From NCBI RefSeq assembly GCF_001194135.2, contig NC_068995.1, positions 48,273,432-48,311,437 of the forward strand: a DNA stretch of 38,006 nt. Reading direction: 5' to 3'. Shown here piece after piece: positions 13,062-26,940 of the stretch (positions are counted from its first letter, which is position 1; every line of letters starts with the position of its first letter). The DNA is from Octopus bimaculoides. Taxonomy: Eukaryota. Below the pieces are notes generated by a model. It did no database searches. It was not told where the DNA came from and saw only the letters and a program-made list of their open reading frames with translations. Position numbers and translations under genes: made by a program.

Positions 13062-13142
13062 AGCTGGCAGAATCGTTAGCACGCCGGTTAAAATGCTCAG
13101 CGTTATTTCGACCGTCCTTGCGTTCCGAATTCAAACACCGTC
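13062..13142 (+). mobile_element. Type C SINE 5' fragment abutting the 5' end of the R4-like copy
   Basis: gagctggcagaatcgttagcacgccggttaaaatgctcagcgttatttcg...gcgttccgaattcaaacaccg matches the 31433 and 31693 copies. Confidence 0.65.
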
Positions 13143-13677
13143 TAAGGGGCAAATTCTATAAACACAGAGATGCCATCATTCGGGCACGATCATGATACTC
13201 GCAAAGCGATGAAACCGTTCTACACGCAGAATAATTAAGAAGAAACAAATGCCAATATTAATAAAAGAATATGGACACAATAAAAACACTTGCCAAACCA
13301 AAAAGTGCTGATATTTTTCTTTATCTTATTGGAAGTAGTCGTGTTTTATATAAATAATTCAAAATGGCATTGCTAATATATGATCGAATCTGAATAACTT
13401 TTTTCGACGTTAAATAATTAACATGGCGTTGGTATCCAATATTACTTCTTGACAGCCGTATCATTGAAATTTGCAATTAATTCTTGTTGACTCAGTTATC
13501 TAATGAGGTAGCCATATTATATTGAAAATCCCAAATGTTATACATTAAAACTGGTGGCGAGGAATTCACTGTAATTTAAATTTAATATTTCAGTTTCAAT
13601 ATTCTTCTTAGCACCACTTAAACACATTCACACACACACACACACACATACACGCACACACCTTTTATATGTATAAT

Positions 13678-13710
<33 letters not shown>

Positions 13711-13837
13711 GTATATATACATGTATATGTATATATGTGTGTGTGTGAGTATATATATAAATACATATGTAAGTAGGTATGTATATATATATATGCATGT
13801 ATGTATGTGTGTGTGCGTGTTAGTGTTTGTTCCCAAC

Positions 13838-13935
13838 ATCGCTTGACAACCGTTGTTGGCATGTCAGTATGTTTACTTTTCCATAGCCTTGCGGTTCGAC
13901 AATCGAGATCGACATAGTAAGTACCAAAATTTGAA
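13838..13935 (+). mobile_element. 3'-half fragment of type B SINE
   Basis: catcgcttgacaaccgttgttggc...gtttac...gcggttcgacaatcgagatcga...taagtacc is similar to 27150-27250 and follows a (TG) tract as in that copy. Confidence 0.5.
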
Positions 13936-14747
13936 GAAAAAAAAAGTAAAAGCGCTGATTTAGCAGACAAAGTCATTCATGGTCGCGGTTCAATGAACGG
14001 AACAAGCTTTAAGACTGAGATTGCAAAACGGGGAAATTATGCCTACCTAATCTATAAAAAAAAATATATCTTTTGTATTGAATTAGATGCATATCTTGCC
14101 ATAAAAGGAAAATATCACTATCGATCTATTTTATTCAGGGTAAGCACTTCCTACCTTGCCCATCCAGGCGGCACGTCACTGATTTTGATATATGTATAGA
14201 GTATATATGGTTCTACGTATCTCAGCAAATAATGCAAAGTTAGGATGTACTTAAAGATACAACTGTAATACAGTATATCTTCGCTTGGGCAATATGGTGC
14301 ATATCATTTGAAATGCATTTGCATATATGCAACCGATCATATACCACAATGTAATTAAGAAATGCCTCCACTCAGACAGGTATGTCTACATACACCACAC
14401 ATGCATATATAATTCATATATATATNNNNNNNNNNNNNNNNNNNNNNNNNNNNNNNNNNNNNNNNNNNNNNNNNNNNNNNNNNNNNNNNNNNNNNNNNNN
14501 NNNNNNNNNNNNNNNNNNNNNNNNNNNNNNNNNNNNNNNNNNNNNNNNNNNNNNNNNNNNNNNNNNNNNNNNNNNNNNNNNNNNNNNNNNNNNNNNNNNN
14601 NNNNNNNNNNNNNNNNNNNNNNNNNNNNNNNNNNNNNNNNNNNNNNNNNNNNNNNNNNNNNNNNNNNNNNNNNNNNNNNNNNNNNNNNNNNNNNNNNNNN
14701 NNNNNNNNNNNNNNNNNNNNNNNNNNNNNNNNNNNNNNNNNNNNNNN

Positions 14748-14804
<57 letters not shown>

Positions 14805-17092
14805 GTATGTGTTTGTGTGTGTGTGTGTGTGGGTGTGTGTGTATGTGTTTGTGTGTCAATGTGTGTTGATATAACACAAAACATTTATCCATGCAACGTC
14901 TTAAGCAGTGGATGACGAGAAATTTCTAAATGGAGTGTGGCTTTTAGTTTTGGGGTAAATAGCTCTGGGCAATTGCAAAATCTTAATTAAAATATATTAA
15001 GAAACGAATTTTTATATCGAATGCAAGAAATACATGTATGGACAAAAGTATATCATATAAAAATTTTAGAATGAAGATGCAGGATATTTAAGGCGTTTTA
15101 TTGGCGTCGGTGGATAGGACATGCATATGGATGTAGTTATAAGCATATGTGTACTTTTCCGTTTAGAAAAAACTCGTACGTCCATGTGTGTGTGTGTGTG
15201 TATATGTGTGTGTTTGCATATGTGTGTTTGTGTGTGTATGTGTCTATGTATGTGTATGTCTGTGTGTGTCTGTATGTTTGTGTTTGTGTACACGCACACA
15301 CGCACATACATACATATATAATATATATATAAGTGTATGTCTATATAAATTCATATATATATACAGAGATAGACAGACAGAGACAAAGGAGAGAGAGGTG
15401 CTCATATGTATATATGCACACACATTTAATTGCACGTGTAGGCAAATACCTCTCCTTCTTTTCCTCGAAAACTCGTCGAAAGCTTTGCTTCATCGATATA
15501 ATAAAATATGATATATATATANNNNNNNNNNNNNNNNNNNNNNNNNNNNNNNNNNNNNNNNNNNNNNNNNNNNNNNNNNNNNNNNNNNNNNNNNNNNNNN
15601 NNNNNNNNNNNNNNNNNNNNNNNNNNNNNNNNNNNNNNNNNNNNNNNNNNNNNNNNNNNNNNNNNNNNNNNNNNNNNNNNNNNNNNNNNNNNNNNNNNNN
15701 NNNNNNNNNNNNNNNNNNNNNNNNNNNNNNNNNNNNNNNNNNNNNNNNNNNNNNNNNNNNNNNNNNNNNNNNNNNNNNNNNNNGTGTGTGTGTACATGTA
15801 TATGTGTGTGTGTGTTTTTGGGTACGTCTGTGTGTGGGTGTATGTATATTAGTATATTACATAGAATGAATAAGCCTGAGAAATTCCTGCTTAGTTGAAA
15901 TAAGAGGCTGTATTTTTTATTACACAAGTGCTACTGGTCCTTCGCCACATAGCAGCAAATCTTTGCGTAAGTTTCTCACAACCTAAGGTTTCATTAATTT
16001 GTATAGACCCTAAAAACGATTGTCTGTAAATAATCGATCCATTAATTGGAGCACTTTTGCTAAAATTCGAATTAATACCTTTTTGCAGGCGCGCACATAT
16101 AAAATTAAATTCCTGTTTCAATCCCGCTGCACGATGTTGTATAATCACTAAATCATATTGCCTTCAATGGTCATTTGATTCACAAATGCATTATACGAAC
16201 ATATATTTATGTACAGACATTGGGATGATATATTAATCACATATAATTATGTATTTAATTAGATTATCAATAATTGATCATCGATCCTGAGACCCACATA
16301 TCAATTCAAGTGTATCCCTCATCATATATATGTTGCATGGACGGCGGTCGAACAGAGAAAGAAAAGTCAGGTTTGGTCGAACACCGGTCACTTGAGGAGA
16401 GAAGAGAAATTGGTAGAGGCAGAAGGACAGAAGAATTAAGGAAGAGTGAGAAAAAATGACAGGGACACAGCGCGTTTGCTACCATTTCTTCATCTTTTTC
16501 TTGGCGTTTATCATAGCCAGTTTATATTCCAGCGTTATAGCATGAAGCTTAGCACTTTCACTATGAATTTTTTTTAGAATCCATGGGGGAAAAAATACAG
16601 TCACAAATGAATGAGAACGAGAAAGTAGTCGATGAGCAGAGGTAAAGAAATCTGAATTCAAATCAGTCGTGGGAATCAGGAGTGACAGCGACGCCTAACA
16701 TTAGATATTGGAACTACAGTGCAATATTAGCTCCGAAAGCCTGAGAAATAAGACAACACAGCTGACTTCATGATTTCGTCCACAAAGCTACACTACTTTA
16801 TGTTGTGTATCTTAACATTTATTGTACGTGTTTTAATGAGGTATTATATGCTTTTATTCGTATTTATTGTTACATGATTTTATGTGCTTTTCACGGTTTT
16901 CTATTGAATTTACGATTCCAATATTTGTTGCGGACTGACGTGAAGTCGAGTGAAATGACTTAACTTTATTTTTATTTTTCAATATACTATGTTTGAAAAC
17001 CAACATATAAGCGAGAACACCTTATATCGAAACGACTTAAGCCGAGGTAGGCTGGCTGGTATATATGTATATATATATATATATATATATTT

Positions 17093-17241
17093 TCGTCCAA
17101 CCCATGCTAGCATGGAAAGCGGACGTTAAACGATGATGATGATGATGATGATGATGATATATATATATATATATATATAAATTTATGTGTATATATATAT
17201 ATATATCATCATCATCATCATCATCATCGTTTAACGTCCGC
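17093..17241. mobile_element. Tail-to-tail pair of short retroposon 3' ends with (GAT)n tails
   Basis: The left copy is cgtccaacccatgctagcatggaaagcggacgttaaac(gat)9. The right copy is (atc)8 gtttaacgtccgc, an exact reverse complement up to the gap. The internal hairpin is CGTCC..CCATGCTAGCATGG..GGACG. Retroposon origin is inferred from the stem-loop plus simple-repeat tail. Confidence 0.6.
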
Positions 17242-19323
17242 NNNNNNNNNNNNNNNNNNNNNNNNNNNNNNNNNNNNNNNNNNNNNNNNNNNNNNNNNNN
17301 NNNNNNNNNNNNNNNNNNNNNNNNNNNNNNNNNNNNNNNNNNNNNNNNNNNNNNNNNNNNNNNNNNNNNNNNNNNNNNNNNNNNNNNNNNNNNNNNNNNN
17401 NNNNNNNNNNNNNNNNNNNNNNNTATATATATATATATATATATATACATATATACCAGCCTGGCAAACAGGACACAGTCGTGTGTCGATAAGCCAGCTG
17501 GAGGAGATGTCCTCCTGGGGCTAAAAGCAACAGTAACATCCACCCCTAGGGGTCAGCCACACTTAAGTGGCAATATACTACACTTTATCGTGCAGTTACT
17601 GTTAATACTTCATTTAGAGAATTAACATTGCTATATTTATATATTTATATATGTATGCATGTATATATATATATATAGTTTAAAGATTCAATAGAGGTAG
17701 AATCAATCACAAAGTACTCCATCTAGCGAGAGATAGATATCAATTGAAACGCACAATGAAAAGGGCTACTGATAGATTCATGTTATTATGATATTTGTAC
17801 AGCCATATTTATAAAAGGCGCCATGTATCTACCACACTGTTATCTATACTTGTCTTTCGGTGTTACTTATCATTCCGAGTAATTAGTAGGAAAAACAACG
17901 CTAATCTTGTTGGTATTTGCACGAAAAGAAATTGTAAAAACACCTAACTCTCATAATTACATATTTCACTGAGTTAACAATTCAACCACGTAATTCTTCT
18001 TTTGACAAGTTACACACAACAATATGTATGTTATTGAATTCAAAAAAAAAAAGAAAATACAAAAACACAACCACGTATTTCCATTTGTAAAAATGTAATA
18101 TTTTCCTTCAGATAGCGGTTGTACAAGACTTAAATAGAAAAGATTTTGCATCGAGGAAATTGAGAATAGTATAACCAGAGAGCACTTAACAGTCATATCA
18201 GATTNNNNNNNNNNNNNNNNNNNNNNNNNNNNNNNNNNNNNNNNNNNNNNNNNNNNNNNNNNNNNNNNNNNNNNNNNNNNNNNNNNNNNNNNNNNNNNNN
18301 NNNNNNNNNNNNNNNNNNNNNNNNNNNNNNNNNNNNNNNNNNNNNNNNNNNNNNNNNNNNNNNNNNNNNNNNNNNNNNNNNNNNNNNNNNNNNNNNNNNN
18401 NNNNNNNNNNNNNNNNNNNNNNNNNNNNNNNNNNNNNNNNNNNNNNNNNNNNNNNNNNNNNNNNNNNNNNNNNNNNNNNNNNNNNNTATATTTACATATC
18501 TATTATATATGCATGTATATCCATATATATTTCAATATATGCATATATATATGTATATACATGCGAATGAAAAAATCAATCTACACATGTCTATAAAAAT
18601 ACACGTATATGAAATTACAGCATGCAGTTTCCAGATCTATCGTAAAGAAAGTTTTAGTTGTGGTGTTCTCTTAAATACATATGGGTTACGATTCACTACA
18701 GCTGTTCCAGGAGCGTTTTTTTTATTGATACATAAACGAACTGCATCATACAAAAACAAAATGATTTCTCCCGATGATTTAACAGTTTAAATTTAAAATA
18801 TAAAGCAGAGAAAAATATAAAGACATGGAATATATTGACCTTCTCATGTTGGCATCACTCTTATGTTGCCAAATAGGACGGTCAATACACATTCCTTTTC
18901 TTGATATTTCTTCATCAATAAAATCGCGTCGGAATCGGCTGTCGTGAACCATATTCAATTACACGTATATAGATGCTGATAGCTCATCTGGCCGAAACGT
19001 CGAAGTCACTTTCTATATTCTTCTTCTTTAAGAAGAATGAATCTATTTGTGTGCAAAAGTATGGAGTAAACCATCAGATTAATGTAAAGTTGCTTTTGTT
19101 ATAACTCAACATAAACACACACACACACACACACACACGTATATATATATATATGTATATAAATGTACATATATTTATATATATATGCATATACATATAT
19201 ATATATATATGCATATACATATATATATATGCATATATAATAACATATTGATATATGTATACATGTATACATTTACGTGTATATCTATATGTCTATCGAT
19301 CTATCTATCTATCTAACTTTGTC

Positions 19324-19360
<37 letters not shown>

Positions 19361-19508
19361 GTGGGGAGAGAGATGTATACATATACACATATAACTATCT
19401 ACATTTATACCTACCTACCAACCAACCAACCAACCAACTTACCTACAAACCAACTTACCTACCAACCAACTTACCTACCTGCATAAATGCTTACTACGTA
19501 TTTACATA

Positions 19509-19620
<112 letters not shown>

Positions 19621-20749
19621 GATATAAAGAAGCATGCATCTAAGTGTTTGAGTGTGTATTTGTGTGTGTTCGCGTCAGCCTCAGTTTGTACAGCAGCAGA
19701 TAAATATTATAGTACATATGATTTCCTATTTGTATGGATAAGGTTTATATTATATACATATATTCAGGAAGAAATGCCCATAGACACATGTATACATATA
19801 TACATGCATAGATATATATATATATATACATATACATATACATATATTTATATCCATATATATATGCATATATATGCGCATGTGTGTGTATATGTGTGTC
19901 TCTGTATGACTATGTTTCTGTGTATTCGTATGCGTATTTGATTGTTTGTTTTTGTCCATATCTTCAAAGGAATCCCTCCTTAATCGTATTGCTTATTTCG
20001 AGACTTTACAATATAGATGGCGCTTGTGGTCTTCAAAATCACTCGGAATCAAACGCAGAACAAAATCTGCTAATATGCTTCTGTTTGGTCTTTTCAAACA
20101 CATACAAATATAATATTTGTGTGTTTGCATAATATTTTTTTGTTGTTGTAAGAATTTGGTATTCTGTTTGTGTGTATGTGAACATATTAAATGTATGTGT
20201 CTGAATATATTTTTGTGTGATCGTTGTTTTTCTCTTTATATTTTTTCTGGTCTTTCAGTTTGAAAAATGGCGTCGGTTGAAAAAAAAATAGTGGGGAAAA
20301 ATCACTGACAAAGGCGTATTAGAGATGTTGGTGTTACCAGCACAATAAAACTGTGCATTCGATCAATGTTACTTTGGAACAAAGCGTCTGTGCGAGGCCA
20401 TTTTGTTTCGCATCAAAGCCATTCTAGAGATTTTTATGTCGAATGAAGAGGAAAGGAAAGTGAGAAAACGAAAAAGCAATATCTAAAAAAGAAAAACAAA
20501 AGAAAACGAAAAAAAATACAGCAAATACAACAACAAGAACGATATCAACTAAACTGACGATGATAATAATATTAATAATGACGATAGTAATAATAGTAAT
20601 AATAATGATAATAAATAAAATAAGTTGTAATAAAACAAATAATAGCAACACGAAGAATAACTACAACAACGCTGGCAAAAAGAAAGAACAAATTATGCGA
20701 ATGGACGAGGGATGAGTTAGTGATAAAAATATCGAATAAAAACTAAAGA

Positions 20750-20810
<61 letters not shown>

Positions 20811-21165
20811 TTAATAATTACAATAGTAAAAATAATAATAATAGTAAATATTAAAATAATAATAATAATGATAACAATAATAATAATAATAATAACATAC
20901 GAACGAAAGAAAGAGGAAGAAGAAAATGGAGGGACATAATCATAGTGAAAATAAGACGGGTGTGATTTAAATAAACTATGAAAGGGGAAAGTAAATATTG
21001 GAAAAATACCACAAAGACACAAAAAATTCGCTACCACGAAAGAAGTAAATATGCACCTACATGCATATGTATGTATGCATGAATATATACGTGTGTGTGT
21101 GACTGTGTATATGTATGTGTGTAAGTATTCCTCTGTCTCTCTCTCTCTGTCTCCGTTTCTCTATC

Positions 21166-21234
<69 letters not shown>

Positions 21235-22533
21235 NNNNNNNNNNNNNNNNNNNNNNNNNNNNNNNNNNNNNNNNNNNNNNNNNNNNNNNNNNNNNNNNNN
21301 NNNNNNNNNNNNNNNNNNNNNNNNNNNNNNNNNNNNNNNNNNNNNNNNNNNNNNNNNNNNNNNNNNNNNNNNNNNNNNNNNNNNNNNNNNNNNNNNNNNN
21401 NNNNNNNNNNNNNNNNNNNNNNNNNNNNNNNNNNNNNNATATATATATATATATATATATATATACACTTATAGAGAGAGGGATGGTAAGTGAGAGTGAG
21501 GAAGATAGCGGGATAGAGAGATAGAAAGAGAGAAAGTTAGAAAAAGTGACAGAATAAGAGAGATACTGCGATGGGGAGAGTGAAATTCAATGAAAATCAA
21601 CAATGGATGAAAAATAGAACAGAAAACTAGCAAGAAAGTTATATAAAATGATAGTTGCTGACGGGGAGATAACTGCGTAGAGATAAAATGTACCAAAGAG
21701 AAATGCGGAGACTCAATGGTTTCTATGTGAGTTCAGTAACTGTGTGTGAAAATTGAAGAGGAGAAAGGAAAATTTGCCATAAATAGAAGGGGAACTTAGA
21801 AAAGAATATTAGGGACATGCGACGGGAAGGTAAAATGGAGGTTGAGTGTTGAATATAGATATAATGAAGCGAATGTTGGAAGAGCATTGGTGTGAAGGGA
21901 AAAAAAATGGAAGGAGAAGAAAGGAAAATTAAAGACAAATAGGTTGTTAAGAAATGCTGCATGACATACAATGAAATATTGTATGAGAAGGTATTGAAAT
22001 ATATGGACAGGAAATTTTATGCGTATGTATGTATACGTGTGAGTGTGTATATGTGTAGATATCTATGTTAATGTCTGTACACATATAAATTTGCATATAT
22101 ATATATATGTGTGTGTGTGTGTATATATATACATACATTTATAAGTTTGTATGTAAGTTTGTATGTAACTGTATATTTACGTTTACATGTACATATAAAT
22201 ATATATGTGTACATATGTGTGTATAAACATATATGTGTGAGTGTATATATGTGTAGATGTGTTAATGTCTGTACACATATAAATTTATATATATATATAT
22301 GTGTGTGTGTATATATATATATTTATATATATAATTTTGTATGTAAAAGTATATTTAAGTTTACATGTATATAGAGATATATATGTGTACATATGTGTGT
22401 ATAAACATATATGTGCTTGTATATAGATATATACACATACATACATACAAACAAACATTTATGCATACATACATACATATATACATAATATATACATACA
22501 TACATACATACATACATACCAACATACATACCA

Positions 22534-22566
<33 letters not shown>

Positions 22567-23170
22567 CATACATACATACATACAAGTATACATTCATATA
22601 TCGATATGACGAGAAGGCAGGTTCGTGAAAAAGGTAAAATATGTTATTGTTATTTTTTTTTTATTAGTGGTAGAATGAAAATATGAAAAAAAAAGATTCA
22701 CAAATGTAAGAATTGATGTAAATTGTCAATTTAAAGCAAGATCAAGGCATTTACCAGTAAAGAGAGAACGTGCAAAGAAAGGTTTAATAAAAAATATATA
22801 TAATAATAAAACCATGTGTAAATTGTAACGAAATGGCAGAGACGTCATGAAATATAGAAACCAAATTGTAAGTGTCTGGAGAGAAAAGGTTAGAAAGAGA
22901 GATAGAGAGAGAGACAGACAGATAGAGACAGTGACGGACAAACAGTCTGACAGGCAGAGAGGAAGAGAAAGTAAAAGCTATGTTGAAGGAAGACAAAAAT
23001 TGGAGAAAGTTTGAACATTTTACAATGAAATATTGTTTGTTGTTTGTGTTTATTTATTTTTTTTTGTTAATATTGTAGTTTCTTTGTGAGGTGAGAAGGG
23101 AAGGAGGTTGCTGGTGCCAGTCAGAAAGGTGACAGAGGGTGGTAGAGTCTCGGTGCAGAAAATAAATGGA

Positions 23171-23206
<36 letters not shown>

Positions 23207-23229
23207 NNNNNNNNNNNNNNNNNNNNNNN

Positions 23230-23318
<89 letters not shown>

Positions 23319-23531
23319 AAATCTATATATGTGCGTGTTTGTGAGTGTGTGTATGTGCAAAGTAGTTATGTATATATATATATGCATGTATGTATGTATG
23401 TATGTATGTATATGTATGTACGTATATAGATACACATGTCCGTATACATGTAAAAGTATATGCGTGTGAGTATAGATTTATACATATTCGTACATAATGA
23501 TTTTGCATGCATATTTAAATATGCATACGTG

Positions 23532-23586
<55 letters not shown>

Positions 23587-23694
23587 CGTATGTATATGTA
23601 TATAATTATGTCTAAATATACTCACACGCACATATACACATATACTTATATATACATATATATATGTATGTATGTGTGTGTGTATGTATGTATG

Positions 23695-23745
<51 letters not shown>
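20750..23745. repeat. Microsatellite-rich block: (AAT), (CT), (TA), (ACAT), (TATG)
   Basis: Arrays at 20750-20900, 21135-21234, 21439-21465, 22435-22590 and 23170-23745. Confidence 0.9.
22037..22415. repeat. Tandem duplication of about 198 bp of degenerate (TA)/(TG) sequence
   Basis: Unique anchors recur: gttaatgtctgtacacatataaattt (about 22067 and 22261) and gtgtacatatgtgtgtataaacatatatgtg (about 22207 and 22385). Confidence 0.8.
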
Positions 23746-23746
<1 letters not shown>

Positions 23747-25243
23747 AGAATGTCGATTAAAACAAAACGACATAAAGCATACACCAGCAAACTCTCTGTT
23801 GTTGAAATAAATATATTTTACCATTTGTCATGTTTCAGCAATGTGCTTTTGTCATTTTTTCCTTTACCGTTGTCATTGTTGATATTATTGATGTTGTTGT
23901 TGTTGTCATTGTTGTTGTGGTCGTCATTGCTGTAGTTCTCACTCTTGTTGTTGTTGTTGCTTTATTTCCAATTTCTTTTGTTGTTGCCACCATTTTAATC
24001 CTTGTTGTTCGTACTGTTGTTCTCATAACTGAAGTAGGTGTTATTTTAATTTTTATATCTGTTATTACAGTTGGAGCTGTAATATCTGCCATGGCTTTTA
24101 TTTTCCTTATGCGTTTTCACTGGAATTTTATTTTTTAGTAATGTTCTTTAAACTTAATATTCTATTCAATGTTGCAGTTGCGTTTATATATTTATTAATT
24201 TTTTTTTCTATGCATTTGGACTTCAATTTTGTAATTTGTTTCCCTTTTCATTCTGCATCATTGGTAGTTTTCTTTGATTTGTTTATAATATATATACATA
24301 TATATATTTATATTTTAGCTTATTTTCGAAACAGCTTTCTTGCAAGCGCTTTAATTATTTTACTACACAGAAATTACACCTTGATGCTTTTAAGAGTACT
24401 CTGTTAGGAAGAAAAAAAAATGTACGGATATACATATATGACCTCATGTATACATATATGTGCATGACTTTAACGACATGCACTATATGTGTGTACACAC
24501 TTCACTTGTAAATACATTTATATAACAAAGATTCCCATACAATTAAAGCAATATTTCCTCTTTCACACTTCCACCGACTCTCGTATTTATACATGCATAG
24601 AGAAGTAGAAGCGAGAGAGAGAAGAGAGAGAAAGAAAGAGAGAGTATGTGTGTGAATGAGGAACTCAGTATGTACATATGTATGTGTATTTTTATGCATT
24701 AGGAGCTGAAACGTGTCGAATCGTAAGCACGAATATCACGTTACCGTTTATTCGAACGACTAATTAAAAAAGAAGCAGCCGTGACAATATACAAGTAAAA
24801 ATGTTTGTAGATATATGGAAACTTTAGTCACCAGGATTAGATATATTTCAAAAATCTTTACAAAGTATTAATGCACAGAATTCTTAGAATATCCATTTGT
24901 TAATATGCAAAACCCCGTGGTATTTTTTTTATATTTTCAGTATATTTGTAATTGAGTTGGTCGCTGTTTTTAATGAAGCTTTCGTAGTATAAAAACAGAG
25001 AAATCATATTCTAGAGTGAGACAAATCCATTATAATGGGAGAAAATTATTCAAAACCGATTCTATTAAGGAATTGGTTCAATAATTGTTAATTGAAATAT
25101 TTGCAAGAATTCGCTAATTTTTCTCTGTATGCCCAATTACAGAGGTATCACATCATCTAAATATATAAACATGAGGAAAATGCGATCTTTAATGGACAAA
25201 TCGAATTGTTAATACTATTCTTCATTTAACTATATACATATAT

Positions 25244-26090
25244 GGAAGGTTAGGTGGTGAGGTATGATGGGACGTGTCAGCTGTCCACAGCCAGCAGACT
25301 AAGGTGACACCTGTTTTCTGGTCATGCTTCAAGAACTCTTCGAAGAATTCTTGCAGTTCCAAGCAATGCTGATTTTTGTAGGTGTTCTACCTTCACACTT
25401 GCACCAATCTTTTTCAGCCATGTTGGTAGTTGAGTGCCGATACTTCCAAACGCACCAATTACTATTGGTATCATGTCTACTCTCTTCATTGACCACCAAC
25501 CTTCGTATTTCCTCCTCTCAAATCGTTGCAGTTGTTTATATTTCGTCTTCTTTCACATTGATCCTGTTACCGGGGCAGGCTGTGTCGATTATCATACATG
25601 TTCTTTGTTTTTTATTCACCACAACAACGTCCGTTTCCGATGTCTGGTCAGGTGACCGCATTGGATCATTGTAACCCCACAGGATTTTGCTATTGTCAGT
25701 GACTCCTTGTGGGGTTTGCTAACAGCACATCTTTGCTTTTTGTAGGCTGTGATTTCCACAGAGCTCCCAATGGATCATTCTTGTTACACTGTCATGAAGC
25801 TTCTTATATTCAAGTTGTGCCAATTTGGGACACTCGCTAACGATGTGCCATACCGCTTCACGCATCTCATCACACATTCTGCATTTGTCGCTATTGGTAG
25901 TGCTGTCTGTTTTGCACTTCATATAACTGGTCATTAACGCTTGTTTCTCAGCTGCGCATATGAGTGCTTCTGTCTCTATCTTCAGGTCACTCCTCCGCAT
26001 CCAAAACCACCGAATCTCTGTATCTGTCTTTGTGTTCACATCTCTTGCAAACTGACCGTAAATTTTTCTTCCATGCTTTTCCTTTTACTA
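25244..26090 (-). mobile_element. 5'-truncated, decayed R4/Dong-like non-LTR retrotransposon (RT C-terminal region, CCHC zinc knuckle, restriction-like endonuclease, 3' UTR)
   Basis: The minus-strand translation gives WMRRSDLKIETEALICAAEKQAL (post-RT region), CRMCDEMREAVWHIVSEC (C-x2-C-x8-H-x4-C) and KLHDSV (R/K-H-D-like motif). After frameshifts it gives DVVVVNKKQRTCMIIDTACPG (PD..D nuclease region) and EIRRLWSMKRVDMIPIVIGAFGS...LQKSALLGTARILRRVLEA* (stop 25322-25324). It carries in-frame stops and frameshifts. Clade assignment is from recalled motifs. Confidence 0.85.
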
Positions 26091-26106
26091 TTCATTATTA
26101 TTATTA

Positions 26107-26137
<31 letters not shown>

Positions 26138-26940
26138 AATTATTATTATTATTACTATCGTCATCTTCTTTAATATATGTATTCATTTACATCCAGTTAA
26201 GCTCTGAGTTCGAACTTCTCCTACTGCTATTTTTTCATTTCACCTGAGTGCCCGGTGAAACAAACCCGGATTTATTACTTGTGCCGATGGAGTCCACAAT
26301 GGCTTCCACAAAATCCGAAATGACATCATGCAAATGTTCGTCTTACTTATTATTTATTTCATTCTTATTAAAATCATTCAGTATTGCCACTGCTATTATT
26401 GATGCTGTTTCCGTTGTTTTGATCAACCCTCATTGAACAGACTTCGCGATCAAAGAAGATATGTTGTCTCTTCATTGATAAAGTTATAATGTGTCCAGAA
26501 TTGCTATCATGGAAGCATATGTCTCCTTTCTATTTTAATGTTGTAATCTAGATTTGCAAGAGATTGGCTTTGCATATTTATTGTGTTAGGTGTCGCCAGT
26601 GGAGGAAAAAAAATATGCTGTCGTCTGATGGAGTAGTTGCAGAGTTCAGGGGTCAATTTCGTTTCATTTCGAACCTAGCTCTCATAGGCATTTGCCAGTA
26701 TCATATGAGACGGAAGATGAGGGTTATGTCAAATGTCTCGACTTGAATAACATTATGAAATGTGGGTGAAATCTGTGAGATTGTCTCAACTGAATGACTC
26801 AAAACTCAACAATAGAAACATAGAGATAACGTTTACCACGATGTTGAGGAGCGTTCGGATTATTTCGATCTTCCTTGATTTCTATATTATAATATGCTAT
26901 CGTTGTTAGAGTGTGTGTATACTATCATATTTGCACAGTT

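Noticed and set aside
18976-19001. CTGATAG...GGCCGAAACGTC hammerhead-like string
   Set aside because: The core lacks G8-A9 (CTGATAG rather than CTGANGA), and stems I and II do not pair.
23830-24138. Thr/Val-rich ORFs on both strands
   Set aside because: This is degenerate (GTT)/(ATT) triplet DNA with no complex domain or splice signals.
26244-26342. Protein-like minus-strand stretch DEHLHDVISDFVEAIVDSIGTSNKSGFVSPGTQ
   Set aside because: It is preceded directly by TAA, has no polypyrimidine acceptor, has a weak donor (gtgaaa), and shows no recognisable homology.
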